DNA of 64,000 nt from Planctomycetota bacterium (GCA_038212275.1 JBBQUR010000007.1:1-64000), one strand, 5' to 3'; positions 23,077 to 33,780 are shown, counted from the stretch's first letter. Numbers and translations are program-made. The notes: generated by a model not told the origin, from the sequence alone.

Positions 23077-24066
23077 ATGCCTCTCTCGCCCCCCCTGTTC
23101 CTCCTCCTGGCGACCTGCTGCCTGGCCGGCGCGGCGCCGGCCCAGCAGATCTACACCGACGAGACGTCCTTCCTCGTGGCCAGCGGCTCGCTGGGCGTGG
23201 AGAGCTTCGAATGCTTCCCGGCCGGGGATGTGGCGAGTTCCGCCCCCATCGAGACACCGGCCTTCCTGATGACGATCCAGCCCGCGCTCGGCAGCACGCT
23301 CGCGCCGATGAATGTGCAGGCGGCGCCCAATCCCAGCGGCCCGCACGCGACGGACGGCACGCGCTTCGTGCAGCTCGGCGCGACAGCATTCACCAACGGG
23401 CAGTTCGATCTGACCATCACGCTGGCCGGGCCCGTGGAGGAGTTCGGGTTCACGTACACGGACTTCGGCGAGTACGCCAACCTGCCCGGGTCGCTCACGG
23501 CGACGGTGCTCGGCGTCACCCACACTCTCGCATCCAACCCTCCGGTGCAGCCCAACGCGGTCGAGCGCTTCTGGGGCATCCGCACGCCGGGCACGCCGTT
23601 CACCAGCCTCGTGCTGCGCAAGTCCACGCAGGGTGACGGCATGGGCATCGACGAGGTCTATCACTCCGACCTCGGCGTGCCGAACCACTGCGCGGCGACG
23701 TGGACGGACCTTGGCTTCGCGAAGGCGGGCGTCAACGGCCCGCCGCTGCTCACGGGCCTCGGCCGCTTGAACGCGGGTTCGAACAATCAGCTCGACCTCA
23801 CGTCCGCGAAACCCTCCTCCACCGCCACGCTGATCTTCGGCATCACGCAGCTCAACGCGCCGTTCAAGGGTGGCACGCTCGTCCCGCAACCGCTGCTCTA
23901 CCTCACGCTGCCGACGAACGCCCTCGGCGCCACGAGCCTGCCCTTCGTCTTCCCCGCCGGAGTTCCTGCGGGACTCACGCTCTACTTCCAATTCTGGATG
24001 GCTGACCCTGCAGCATCCGGTCCCGGATTCGCGGCGAGCAACGGACTGCGCGGACTGACCTCCTGA
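23077..24066 (+). CDS. Secreted protein with C-terminal 'WTDLG-FKGG' module
   Basis: GGAG RBS, signal peptide (APA|Q); 3' part of ORF 21511-24066; module at 23701-24066. Confidence 0.8.
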   Translation: MPLSPPLFLLLATCCLAGAAPAQQIYTDETSFLVASGSLGVESFECFPAGDVASSAPIETPAFLMTIQPALGSTLAPMNVQAAPNPSGPHATDGTRFVQLGATAFTNGQFDLTITLAGPVEEFGFTYTDFGEYANLPGSLTATVLGVTHTLASNPPVQPNAVERFWGIRTPGTPFTSLVLRKSTQGDGMGIDEVYHSDLGVPNHCAATWTDLGFAKAGVNGPPLLTGLGRLNAGSNNQLDLTSAKPSSTATLIFGITQLNAPFKGGTLVPQPLLYLTLPTNALGATSLPFVFPAGVPAGLTLYFQFWMADPAASGPGFAASNGLRGLTS

Positions 24067-24241
24067 CAGGCGCTCACGCTGTCGGTCCGGGGCCGCAGCC
24101 CGTTCGGCCCGGGCGGCGCGTTGGGCACGGACGTGTACGCGATCGACTCCGTCGCCGGGACGGTTGCAGTGGGCGATCCAGGATCCGGCGGCGGTGCACG
24201 GCGTCGCGCTGTCCAACGCCGTGCGGGGCATCACGCCGTAG
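24067..24241 (+). pseudogene. Remnant of another 'WTDLG-FKGG' module gene
   Basis: 24164-24241 reads LQWAIQDPAAVHGVALSNAVRGITP*, matching the module C-terminus; no in-frame upstream gene body. Confidence 0.7.
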
Positions 24242-24316
24242 CGCGCGGGGGCGGCAGAAACGCCGCTGGCGGTATCCGGCTTCGGTGGGTGGCAGGTCAC
24301 TTCGCGGCCTGCTCCC

Positions 24317-24358
24317 GCCATGTCCCCCGCCCCATGTCCCCTGCCCCATGTCCCCCGC
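24317..24358 (+). repeat. 14-bp tandem repeat (C/G)CCATGTCCCC(C/T)GC x3
   Basis: Seen directly, just before the RBS of the next gene. Confidence 0.75.
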
Positions 24359-24370
24359 AGAGGTCCGATC

Positions 24371-26071
24371 GTGAACCACCACCGCCTGCAGCGCTGCGCC
24401 CTCCTCCTCGCCGTGCTCGTCACGGCTGCTTCCGCGACCCCGCCCACGGCCTGCGCGCAGGACCAGACCTGGTTCGACCTCGACGGCAGTTACGTGACCA
24501 CCGGCGATCACTGGGGCACCTCCGTGGCGCTGCTGCCCGATGTGAACTCCGACGGTTACGCGGACATGATCGTCGGCGCCCCGCAGGACGCGGCCGCCGG
24601 CTCCGCGTACCTCATCAGCGGCAAGGCGCCGCACCTGCCGCTGAAACAATTCCACGGCGACAGCAGCGGCAGCACCTTCGGGCAGGTCGTCGCGCTGGCC
24701 GGACTCGTGAATGGCGACAGCGTGCCCGACGTGCTGGTGAGCGCACCGCGCGAAGACGTCTTCACCGGATTCTTCGTCCTGGCTGACGCGGGCCGCGTCA
24801 CGCTCTACAACGGCAGCACCGGCGCGGTGCTGCGCACCTTCTTGGGCACCGGAGCCGGCGCGCGCTTCGGCGACTCCATCGCCAGCAACGCCGACGTCAC
24901 CAACGATGGCATCCCGGATGTCCTCATCGGCGCGCCGCACTGGGACAAGACCGGGACGACCGACAACGAGGGCTACGCCTCGCTCTACAACGGCGCCACC
25001 GGCGCGCTCATCGTGCGCCACGAGGGCGTCCAGGACGGCGCCCTCTTCGGCTGGTCGGTCGCCTTCGTCGGCGATCTCACCGGAGACGGGCGCAGCGAGT
25101 ACGCGATCGGTGCGCCCAGCACCGACGTGCTCGACTTCATTCCTCCCGACAACCTTGCCCCCGATGCCGGCACCGTCACCGTGTACAACGGCCTGACGCA
25201 CGCGCCGCTCTTCACGAAGCATGGTGTGGAAGGCGCCGAACTCGGCACGGCCGTCTGCGGCGTCGGCGACACCGACGGGGACGGCGTGCGCGAGCTCCTG
25301 GTCGGCGCGCCCGGCGCGCTCGGCGACAAGGGAGTCGCCTACCTCTACGAAGGCAGCAGCGGCGTTCTCGTGCGCGTGTTTTCCGGCAGCAACGCCGGCG
25401 AGCGCATGGGCACCTGGCTCTGCAAGGCCGGCGACGTGGACAAGGACGGACACGGCGATCTGGCCATCGGCGGGACGGAGGCAAGCGTGCCCTCGGGCGG
25501 CGGCCTCATCCGCGTGTTCGACGGACAGGACGGCAGCCTCGTCAAGCAGCACGACTTCCTCACCGGCTCCGGCGTGTCCAAGCACGCGAGCTTCGACGGC
25601 GGCCTCGACGTGAACGCCGACGGCTGGCCCGACCTGCTCGTCGGCCTGCCGGACAGCGACGTTGCCGCGAGCAACGCCGGCGGTGCGGTGTGCAAGGGCC
25701 AGCTCCACATCCAGCCCGATCTCGGCTTCCAGGGCCCGCACCTCGCGACCTTCTCCATCAAGGGCGGCAAGCTCGCAAGCGGCAGCAAGGCGGACTTTCT
25801 GCTCACCGGCGCGCCCTTCGGCGGCACGCCCTTCCTGATGCTGTCGGCGGGCCTCGGCCTCACGTCGTTCAAGGGCGGCACGCTCGTGCCCAAGTTCGCG
25901 GGCTCGGTGCTCCTGAGCTTCCCGCCCCTCCCGACCGGCAACCTCTCGATCCCGAGCATCCCGGGCGGCGGCGGCCCGCTGAACCTCTACGCGCAGTTCA
26001 TCATCGCCGGTTACGCCGGCAGCGAGCCCATCGGCCTGAGCAACGCGCTGATCATCCAGCTCGAGCCGTGA
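24371..26071 (+). CDS. Secreted FG-GAP/integrin-alpha-like beta-propeller protein with a variant C-terminal FKGG module
   Basis: Repeated D-x-[NDT]-x-D-G...VGAP blades; signal peptide; C-terminus DLG...SFKGGTLVP...YAQ...LSNAL. Confidence 0.85.
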   Translation: MNHHRLQRCALLLAVLVTAASATPPTACAQDQTWFDLDGSYVTTGDHWGTSVALLPDVNSDGYADMIVGAPQDAAAGSAYLISGKAPHLPLKQFHGDSSGSTFGQVVALAGLVNGDSVPDVLVSAPREDVFTGFFVLADAGRVTLYNGSTGAVLRTFLGTGAGARFGDSIASNADVTNDGIPDVLIGAPHWDKTGTTDNEGYASLYNGATGALIVRHEGVQDGALFGWSVAFVGDLTGDGRSEYAIGAPSTDVLDFIPPDNLAPDAGTVTVYNGLTHAPLFTKHGVEGAELGTAVCGVGDTDGDGVRELLVGAPGALGDKGVAYLYEGSSGVLVRVFSGSNAGERMGTWLCKAGDVDKDGHGDLAIGGTEASVPSGGGLIRVFDGQDGSLVKQHDFLTGSGVSKHASFDGGLDVNADGWPDLLVGLPDSDVAASNAGGAVCKGQLHIQPDLGFQGPHLATFSIKGGKLASGSKADFLLTGAPFGGTPFLMLSAGLGLTSFKGGTLVPKFAGSVLLSFPPLPTGNLSIPSIPGGGGPLNLYAQFIIAGYAGSEPIGLSNALIIQLEP

Positions 26072-26205
26072 CGGCACCGCGGGGATCACTCGGGAGCTGC
26101 CCCGCGAGACACCCGGCCAGCGCTCCGGATTCAGGAAGGGAGAGGCACCTGCCGCGAACTGCGCGGGGCCCGTCGCATCACCTTCCTGCCGGTGAAAGGA
26201 TCCCC

Positions 26206-27633
26206 ATGAAGACTTGCCTGGCCTCCGCTCTCGCGACCCTCGTGCTTGCGACCGCCGCCTCCGCGCAGGCCGGCGGCTTCCACACCGGCGACGTCTGGGA
26301 ATCCAATGACGCGCTGGCCGGCCAGGGATCCGCGCTGACGCGCATCGATCCGCTCACCGGCGTCACCACGGCCATGCACGCCTCCCCCTCCCAGAACGGC
26401 GGCGGCGGGCTGGCCTGGGACGGCTACCGCCACCGCCTCCTCTGGCGCGCCTCCGTCGCGGAGAAGCCGGGCCAGCACACCTGGCTGGTGGACGGCGCGG
26501 GCCAGGTGTCCGACACCGGCATCCCCGTCCAGCTCGGCTGGTTCGCGCCGACGGGCGACGGCCGCATCTACTGCATCGAGAACACCGGCGGTCCGCAGTA
26601 TCCGGTGTGGATCGACGCCGCGAACCGCCACCACCGCGTGCTGGATGCCGCCGGCCTGCTCCCCTACCAGCTGCCCGCAGGCACCTTCACCAGCCTCCGC
26701 GGCCTGGCCTATGACGCCGGCACGAACGCCTTGTACGCCTGCTCGCACCTCGACTGCGACGGGATGAGCCACCAGCAGATCGTGATGGGCAAGCTGGCGC
26801 TCTCGGCGGACGGCACGCGCGTGCTCGGCCCGCCGACCTGCACGTCGATGGACATCGGCACCGGCTTCGACACGCCGCAGGCTCTCGCACACCTGCCGAA
26901 CGGCAGCCTGCTGGTGACCTGCGTCGCGTCTCAACAGGTCCCGGCAGTTCCGCTGCCCAACCTGCTCTCCTACGATCCGGCCACGAGCAGCTTCTCGACC
27001 TATGCGCTCACCGGCGTCCAGGACCAGAACGACCCCTACATCCTGAACGACGGCGTGTATTCGAGCGCGCTCGGCGCCGCCCTCATCCTGGACACGTTCA
27101 AGGACCATCTGCGCGTCTTCACGCAGGGCAGCAGCGGCAACGGCACGGTGATCACGCCCACGGGCGTCGGCGTCTCCACCGTCGGCGGCTCCTCCGAGGC
27201 CGAGCAGCTGGCCGAGATCTCACCTACGGCCTGCAGCGGCGCCTGGGTGCCGTACTCGCTCGGCCTCGCCGGCAAGGGCGCCTTCGTGCCGACGCTCATC
27301 GGCCAGGGCTGCCCGGTGCCCGGCGGCGCACTCACGCTCAAGATCGCCGACGTCGTCGGCGGCGCGAGCGGCTCGCTGCTCGTCGGTCTCGCTCCCGCAG
27401 CCATTCCCTTCAAGGGCGGCATCTTCGCAGTCGGAGCCCTCACGCTGAACCTGACGATCGGCGTCGGCGGCACGAGCGGCGTCGCCGGCGCGGGCACGCT
27501 CAGCCTGCCGGCCGCGCTGCCCGCGCTCCCCATGCTCAGCGGCGTGAGCGTCTTCCTGCAGTGCGGCTTCGCGGACGCCGCCGCGGTGAAGGGCGTCTCG
27601 CTGACGCAGGGATTGCAGCTCGAGATCGGGTGA
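26206..27633 (+). CDS. Secreted probable beta-propeller protein with C-terminal FKGG module
   Basis: AAGGA RBS, signal peptide ASA|Q; GLAWD/GLAYD blades; C-terminus PFKGG...FLQ..FADAAAVKGVSLTQGL. Confidence 0.8.
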   Translation: MKTCLASALATLVLATAASAQAGGFHTGDVWESNDALAGQGSALTRIDPLTGVTTAMHASPSQNGGGGLAWDGYRHRLLWRASVAEKPGQHTWLVDGAGQVSDTGIPVQLGWFAPTGDGRIYCIENTGGPQYPVWIDAANRHHRVLDAAGLLPYQLPAGTFTSLRGLAYDAGTNALYACSHLDCDGMSHQQIVMGKLALSADGTRVLGPPTCTSMDIGTGFDTPQALAHLPNGSLLVTCVASQQVPAVPLPNLLSYDPATSSFSTYALTGVQDQNDPYILNDGVYSSALGAALILDTFKDHLRVFTQGSSGNGTVITPTGVGVSTVGGSSEAEQLAEISPTACSGAWVPYSLGLAGKGAFVPTLIGQGCPVPGGALTLKIADVVGGASGSLLVGLAPAAIPFKGGIFAVGALTLNLTIGVGGTSGVAGAGTLSLPAALPALPMLSGVSVFLQCGFADAAAVKGVSLTQGLQLEIG

Positions 27634-27761
27634 ACGGAAGGACGGGGCGGGCGAGAAGCGGCGGATGAGCGCGCCGCTCGCGCCGGAGATCAGGCTGAAC
27701 GCGCAGTCGCTCTCGTGCTGGCCTGCAGCTCCGGCAACACTCGGACCGGTCGCATGTCGTC

Positions 27762-28250
27762 TCAGTCGAGCCGCGCGAAGATGGCTTCGTTGATGCGCAG
27801 GGTGTCGCCGGAGTAGGTGGGCACGTGAAAGAACTGCTCCCCGATGCTCACGTCGTCGTCCGGACGGTCCGGCACGAGGCCGCGGCTCTCCAGTTGCCAC
27901 ACGACGGCGTGCTTGAAGCTGTAGGTCCGCCCGACGTGTGACACGGTCAGCACCGTGCCGGCCGGCAGCAGCGCGACCACGTCCGACTGCTCACGCAGCA
28001 GCGCGCGGTATTTCTCGACGCTGATGGGGCCATGCTCGGACTGCCAGCGGGCCCGCTCCAGCGCCACCAGCTCCAGGTGGGAGCCTCCGAACAGTCCACC
28101 GTCCTCATAAACGACGCCTTCCTGGAGCAGTTGGAGTCGGTGCCCCACGAGGTCGGCGGCCACGCGCTCGTGCGTCACGTCGGAGACGCAGCCGGTGGCG
28201 AACAGCAGGGACATCGCGACGATCCAGCCGCCTGGACGATGTGGCCGCAT
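27762..28250 (-). CDS. Hypothetical lipoprotein
   Basis: TAGCCT -10, GGAGG RBS, lipobox-like ATGC after a hydrophobic stretch. Confidence 0.6.
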   Translation of the reverse strand: MRPHRPGGWIVAMSLLFATGCVSDVTHERVAADLVGHRLQLLQEGVVYEDGGLFGGSHLELVALERARWQSEHGPISVEKYRALLREQSDVVALLPAGTVLTVSHVGRTYSFKHAVVWQLESRGLVPDRPDDDVSIGEQFFHVPTYSGDTLRINEAIFARLD

Positions 28251-28340
28251 GCTGCGCCTCCGGGGAAGGGCGCAGGCTAACCCGCCGCCGGAGCGCATGC
28301 CACGGGATCGCGCGCGGCGTGCTGCCAGACCACTCGCTCG

Positions 28341-29924
28341 CTACAGCGGAATGTTCCCGTGCTTGCGCGGCGGGTTGCGATCGCGCTTCGTCGCCAGCAG
28401 GCGCAATGCGGCGATGAGCCTCGCGCGCGTCTGCCGCGGCTCGATGACCGCATCCACGTAGCCACGCGCGGCGGCTTCGTAGGGGCTGCAGAAGCGGGTC
28501 TCGTATTCCTTGATCAGGCGCGCGGCCTCCGCGTCCTTGTCCTTTGCGGCGGCGATCTCCTTCTTGAAGATGATCTCGACGGCGCCTTTCGCGCCCATGA
28601 CCGCGATTTCGGCCGTCGGCCAGGCGAGGTTCAGGTCGCCGCGGATGTGCTTGCTGGACATCACGTCGTAGGCGCCGCCGTAGGCCTTGCGGCAGATGAC
28701 GGTGAGCTTGGGCACCGTCGCCTCGCAGTAGGCGTAGAGCAGCTTGGCGCCGTGGCGGATGATGCCGCCGTGCTCCTGTGCGGTGCCGGGCAGGAAGCCG
28801 GGCACGTCCTCGAAGGTGATGATCGGCAGGTTGAAGGCGTCGCAGAAGCGCACGAAGCGCCCGGCCTTGTCGGATGAGTCGATGTCGAGCACGCCCGCGA
28901 GCACGGCCGGCTGGTTGCCGACGATGCCCACCGGCCGCCCGTCGAGGCGCGCGAAGCCGACGACGATGTTCGCCGCGAAGTCCGCGTGCACCTCGAGGAA
29001 GTCGCCCGAGCCGCGGCCTTCGCCGCCCTTCGCGCCGCGCGAGCCGGCCGGCACGTCGACGACGCGCGTGATGACGTCGCGGATGTCGTAGGGCTTGGTG
29101 GCGCTCTCGGGGACCAGCGTGTCCAGCGCGACGTCGGCGCGCGCCGGGTCGTCGTCGCAGGCGAGGCGCGGCGGGTCCTCGCGGTTGTTGAGCGGCAGGA
29201 AGCCGAAGAGCCGGCGCAGCAGCGAAAGCGCCTCGGCATCGTTGCCCGCGCGGAAGTGCGAGACGCCGCTGCGCGAGCCGTGCACGCGCGCGCCGCCGAG
29301 GTCCTCGCTGGAGACCTCCTCGTGCGTGACCGTCTTCACCACGTTCGGGCCGGTCACGAACATGTAGCTGGTGTTCTCGACCATCACGATGAGGTCCGTG
29401 ATCGCCGGGCTGTAGACGGCACCGCCCGCGCACGGACCCATGATGGCCGAGAGCTGCGGCACGACGCCGCTCGCCAGCGTGTTGCGCAGGAAGATGTCCG
29501 CGTAGCCGCCCAGCGACACGACGCCTTCCTGGATGCGCGCGCCGCCGCTGTCGTTGAGCCCGATGACCGGCACGCCCACCTTCAGCGCCTTGTCCATGAG
29601 CGTGCAGATCTTGGCGGCGAAAGCCTCGCCGAGGCTGCCGCCGTACACGGTGAAGTCCTGGCTGAACACCGCGACGGGCCGGCCGTCGATCGCGCCGAAG
29701 CCCGTGACCACGCCGTCGCCCGGCACGCTCTTCACGCCGAAGTCGGTGTTGCGCGTCTCGATGAAGCGCCCTTCTTCCTGGAAGCTGCCCTCGTCGAGCA
29801 GCAGGTCCAGCCGCTCGCGCGCCGAGAGCTTGCCCTTCCCGTGCTGGGCGTCGATGCGCGCCTTGCCGCCGCCGAGCAGGGCGGCCTCGTTGCGCAGGCG
29901 CAGGTCGTCAACACGCTGGGACAT
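28341..29924 (-). CDS. pccB: Acyl-CoA carboxylase carboxyltransferase subunit (propionyl-CoA carboxylase beta / MmdA-like)
   Basis: [51 protein letters not shown] -10 at 29963-29968. Confidence 0.9.
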   Translation of the reverse strand: MSQRVDDLRLRNEAALLGGGKARIDAQHGKGKLSARERLDLLLDEGSFQEEGRFIETRNTDFGVKSVPGDGVVTGFGAIDGRPVAVFSQDFTVYGGSLGEAFAAKICTLMDKALKVGVPVIGLNDSGGARIQEGVVSLGGYADIFLRNTLASGVVPQLSAIMGPCAGGAVYSPAITDLIVMVENTSYMFVTGPNVVKTVTHEEVSSEDLGGARVHGSRSGVSHFRAGNDAEALSLLRRLFGFLPLNNREDPPRLACDDDPARADVALDTLVPESATKPYDIRDVITRVVDVPAGSRGAKGGEGRGSGDFLEVHADFAANIVVGFARLDGRPVGIVGNQPAVLAGVLDIDSSDKAGRFVRFCDAFNLPIITFEDVPGFLPGTAQEHGGIIRHGAKLLYAYCEATVPKLTVICRKAYGGAYDVMSSKHIRGDLNLAWPTAEIAVMGAKGAVEIIFKKEIAAAKDKDAEAARLIKEYETRFCSPYEAAARGYVDAVIEPRQTRARLIAALRLLATKRDRNPPRKHGNIPL

Positions 29925-30227
29925 CGGGCGCTCCGGAAAGGCGTCGATTGGCAGAGCGCGGGATTGTAGGCCAGCGATGGACGCCGCCGCGAGCCTGCGC
30001 GACCTGCCGACGCGGGGGACCACGTCGGGAGTTCTCGCATGTCTTCAGGCGCCGACCACTCGCACCCGCTGTCACACCCGGCCGCACAGGCCGCCCGGTC
30101 CTGAGCAAGGGCCGGCGCCTGGCTCGCGCACGCTCAGGCAAGCAGTCGCCTCACGCCGGTGATCGGCATGGTGGATGGCGCGGATGCGGTGGTCTGCCTG
30201 AAGGGCAATCGCGATATCGTGGAAGGC

Positions 30228-31367
30228 ATGCCTGCTCCCGACGCCGCACACCGGCTGCTCGCGTGGCGCCAGCTGGAAGGGCTTGCACCGGGCCTGTCGC
30301 TCGATATCCATCCGCGCGACGAGATGCTGCAGGGCGTCGCCGAGCCGGCCGCCGTGCGACCCGGCCGCGAACAACTCACTTACCTGCGCAGCGGGCAGGA
30401 GGCCGCGCTCGTGCTCGAGCACGCGCTGCCGGCGTTCGGGCGCGGGCTGCACGCACCGAACCGACTGCTCGAACTTGCCAGCGGCTACGGCCGCGTGACG
30501 CGGCACCTGCTCCAGCGCATCGAGCGGGAGCGGCTCGCCACGTGCGAGATCGTTCCCGCCGCGGCCGAACACGTCGCGCGCAGCTTCGGCGTGGAAAGCC
30601 TGCCGTCGGGCACGGACCCCGCGGCCCTGACGTGGCCGCGCGCCTTCGACGCGATCTTCGTCGCCTCGCTCTTCAGCCACCTGCCGCGTCCACGCTGCGA
30701 GAGCTGGTTGCGACACCTGCGCCGCTCGCTGACGCAAGACGGCGTGGTGGTGCTCTCCACGCATGGCCCGTGGATGCCGCAGGCCCCCGCCGACGACGGC
30801 CGGGGCTACGCCTTTCATCCCGAGAGCGAGTCGCTGAACCTGGCCGGCCACGAGTACGGCACGACCTTCATCGCCCCCGCGGAACTGGTGCGGATGGCGC
30901 ACGAGGCCGGCTTCGCCGACGTGCGCTGGCTCGAGCGGGAGTTGTGGATGCTGCAGGACGTGTTCGTGCTGGCGCCGCGCCCGCTGCGGGAGGCCAGGCC
31001 GTGGCGCCCCGCGCCCGTGCTCGACGGCGCGATCGATGGCGTGCAGTCCAGCGCGACCGGCGAGCTCTGGCTGCACGGCTGGGTGGCGTGCCGCGATCCC
31101 GATCAGCCGGTCGAGCGCGCGAGCCTGCACTTCGGCGAGCACGCCGCCGTGCCCGTGTCGCTGCACGCGTCGCGACGCGAGGAGCGCGGCCCGCCGGATC
31201 CGATGCGACGCGCCTTCTCGGAGTGGCACCACCACGCCGTGCTCCCGCGCGAACTCACCGGCCGCTCGACGCTCGCCCTGGTCGCCGAGAGCTCCGGCCA
31301 GCGGCGCTGCGTCGACGTGCGCACGCTCGACCTGCAGCGCCGTCTCTTCATCGACGGCGAGGCCTGA
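30228..31367 (+). CDS. Class I SAM-dependent methyltransferase with C-terminal extension
   Basis: LLELASGYGRVTRHL, FDAIFVASLFSHLP, STHG. Confidence 0.75.
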   Translation: MPAPDAAHRLLAWRQLEGLAPGLSLDIHPRDEMLQGVAEPAAVRPGREQLTYLRSGQEAALVLEHALPAFGRGLHAPNRLLELASGYGRVTRHLLQRIERERLATCEIVPAAAEHVARSFGVESLPSGTDPAALTWPRAFDAIFVASLFSHLPRPRCESWLRHLRRSLTQDGVVVLSTHGPWMPQAPADDGRGYAFHPESESLNLAGHEYGTTFIAPAELVRMAHEAGFADVRWLERELWMLQDVFVLAPRPLREARPWRPAPVLDGAIDGVQSSATGELWLHGWVACRDPDQPVERASLHFGEHAAVPVSLHASRREERGPPDPMRRAFSEWHHHAVLPRELTGRSTLALVAESSGQRRCVDVRTLDLQRRLFIDGEA

Positions 31368-31517
31368 ACGCGTGGTGCTCATCGTGATCGCCTGCCCGCA
31401 GCACGACAGGCGCCTCGACCCGCGGGCTCTGCGCGCACCCGAACACGAGGAGCGCCTGCGGTGCGGGGAGACGCGAGTGACTCGATCGACGCGCATCGCG
31501 CACGACTTGCGCATCGC

Positions 31518-31558
31518 GCGCGATGCGCGCCTCATGCGCGATGCGCGCCTCATGCGCC
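31518..31558 (+). repeat. 18-bp tandem repeat GCGCGATGCGCGCCTCAT x2 plus a partial copy
   Basis: Seen directly, adjoining the MFS gene stop. Confidence 0.7.
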
Positions 31559-32779
31559 TCACGCGGCCGGAGGACGCTCCGCGACATGGCGCGGGACGAG
31601 CGGGAGCGCCAGCAGCGAGACGGTCGCCAGCGCCGCGAGCGCACCGGAGTAGCCCCAGGCCGGCAGCAGGCGGCCCACCGCCAGCGTGGACCACGCCTCG
31701 CAGCCGTTGGTCGCGCCCATGTAGGCGCTGAACTGCGTGGCGACGAGACGCGGCGAGGTGAGGTCCATGAGCAGCGTGTACGACGCCGCCGTGAACAGCC
31801 CGATGCTCAGGTAGAGCGCCAGCAGCGCGGCCAGCGTCGCGGTGCCGCCGCCGAGGCCCGCGACATCCAGGCCCGCCACGGCCAGCACGCACGCGGCGGT
31901 GGCTGCCTGGAAGATGAACGTGCTGCGGCTCGGGCCCCAGCGGTCGCACAGCCGCCCGCCGAGCAGCGCGCCCGCCGCCATCGCGACGACTTTGGGAAGC
32001 TCGAAGGCACGCGCGATGAAGCTGCTGTCGAGGCCGCGGTCCACCAGGTACGGGCCCGCCACGGCGCCGGCCGCCTCGAAGCCGGCTGCTGCCACGAGCG
32101 CGAAGGCCAGCGCGCGCCAGGTGATCGCCATGCGCAGCACCGCGCCGAGCGCCGCGCGCAACTCCGTGAAGGGGTGCACCACTCTCGCTGCGCCGGCGGC
32201 CGCCGGCACGGCGACGAAGACGACGGCCAGCACCGCCAGCACCACGCCGATGAGGCACTGCGGCGGCGCGGCAGGCCCCCAGCTCGCGGCCATCAGCAGC
32301 GCTCCGCCGCCGAAGGCCCCGCGCCCCACCAGCATGCCGGCCTGCATCCAGCCGTTGACGCGGCCCCGCTCTTCCGGCGGCGTGACCGAGAGACACAGCG
32401 CATCCACGATGACGTCCTGCATCGCGGCGGCGACGGCGTGCAGCAGCAGCAGCGTGGACAGCGCGTGGAGGTCATCGAGTGCGCCGGGCCTGGCCAGCGG
32501 CAGCAGCGTCGCCGCCATCGCGAGCTGCGCGACGACGAGCATGCGCCTCAGCGGCCAGCCGTGGCCGCGCGCCAGATCCACGAGCGGCCCTCCCAGCAGC
32601 TTCAGCGTCCACGGCAGCGCGATGAGTGCGGTGAGCGCCGTGATGGCGCCCATCTCCTGCCCGGCCTGCCGCAACATCGTCGGCAGCGCCCACCAGAGGA
32701 AGCCGATGGGAGCGCCCTCCGCGAGATAGAGCAGCGTGAAGAGCACGCGTCGGCCGCGCGGCGTGGCTGTGAGATCCAT
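31559..32779 (-). CDS. MFS transporter, AmpG-like
   Basis: LYLAEGAP.G, PWTLKLL..P.VD, AMQDVIVDAL, ATQFSAYMG; about 12 TM helices. Confidence 0.8.
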   Translation of the reverse strand: MDLTATPRGRRVLFTLLYLAEGAPIGFLWWALPTMLRQAGQEMGAITALTALIALPWTLKLLGGPLVDLARGHGWPLRRMLVVAQLAMAATLLPLARPGALDDLHALSTLLLLHAVAAAMQDVIVDALCLSVTPPEERGRVNGWMQAGMLVGRGAFGGGALLMAASWGPAAPPQCLIGVVLAVLAVVFVAVPAAAGAARVVHPFTELRAALGAVLRMAITWRALAFALVAAAGFEAAGAVAGPYLVDRGLDSSFIARAFELPKVVAMAAGALLGGRLCDRWGPSRSTFIFQAATAACVLAVAGLDVAGLGGGTATLAALLALYLSIGLFTAASYTLLMDLTSPRLVATQFSAYMGATNGCEAWSTLAVGRLLPAWGYSGALAALATVSLLALPLVPRHVAERPPAA

Positions 32780-32890
32780 GCGCTCTCCGGCACCCGGCCT
32801 GCAACCCGGACTCGCCGCCTGTCGTTCGTGCGCACAGGTCGCTAGGGTGGCCAGCCGCATCGTCCCCCATCCTGCAGCCGGAGACCACCC

Positions 32891-33778
32891 TTGGACCGCT
32901 TTCGCATCGCCTCGCTGCAGTACTTCATCCGGCCCGTGCAGACCTTCGAGCAGTTCCAGGACCAGGTCGAGTCGCTGGTGGACACCGCCGCGGACTATCG
33001 CTGCAAGCTCCTGCTCTTCCCGGAGTGGTTCTGCGTGCAGCTGCTCACGCTGGGCAACGTGCGCCGCCCCATCGCCGAGCAGGTGCGGGACCTGGCGGCT
33101 CAAGCGCCGCGCATCCACGCGCTGTTCAAGCGCCTCGCGAGCGAGCACGGCCTGTACATCGCGGCGGGAACCGTTCCGGTCATCGACCAGGGCTCGGACG
33201 AGGTGCACAACGAGTGCATGCTCGTCGCACCGTCCGGCAGCATCGGCTACCAGCGCAAACTGCACATGACCCGTTTCGAGGCCGAAGAGTGGTTCGTGTC
33301 GCCGGGCACGCGCATGCGGGTCTTCGACACCGAGCTCGGGCGTCTGGCCATCACCATCTGCTACGACGTCGAGTTCCCCGAGCTGGCCCGCGCCGCCGCG
33401 CGCGCCGGGGCCGAGGTCCTGCTCGTGCCGAGCTGCACCGACGAGCGCCAGGGCTACCTGCGCGTGCGCTACTGCTCCCAGGCCCGCGCCATCGAGAACC
33501 AGCTCTTCGTGGTGCAGTCGTCGACGGTGGGCTCGCTGCCGATGGTGCCCGCCGTCTCGCTCAACTGGGGACAGGCGGCCATCATGACCCCGTCGGACTT
33601 CTCCTTCTCGCGCGACGGCATCCTGGCCGAGGGCGTTCCCAATCAGGAGAGCATGGTCATCGGCGATCTGAATCTGGCGCTCATCCGCGAGGGGCGCTCC
33701 AGCGGCACCGTGCTGCCGCTGCGCGACTGCCAGTCCAGCGCCGAAGTGGCCAGCCGCCTGGAGACCATCTCGCTGTGA
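32891..33778 (+). CDS. Carbon-nitrogen hydrolase (nitrilase superfamily)
   Basis: E-K-C triad in FPEW, QRKLH, ICYDVEFPE; ARAIENQ; TTG start with GGAG RBS. Confidence 0.88.
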   Translation: MDRFRIASLQYFIRPVQTFEQFQDQVESLVDTAADYRCKLLLFPEWFCVQLLTLGNVRRPIAEQVRDLAAQAPRIHALFKRLASEHGLYIAAGTVPVIDQGSDEVHNECMLVAPSGSIGYQRKLHMTRFEAEEWFVSPGTRMRVFDTELGRLAITICYDVEFPELARAAARAGAEVLLVPSCTDERQGYLRVRYCSQARAIENQLFVVQSSTVGSLPMVPAVSLNWGQAAIMTPSDFSFSRDGILAEGVPNQESMVIGDLNLALIREGRSSGTVLPLRDCQSSAEVASRLETISL

Positions 33779-33780
33779 CC

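Noticed and set aside
24064..24066. TGA readthrough into downstream coding-like sequence
   Set aside because: The stop falls where the other module copies end, and there is no SECIS or Cys context; a gene remnant explains it better.
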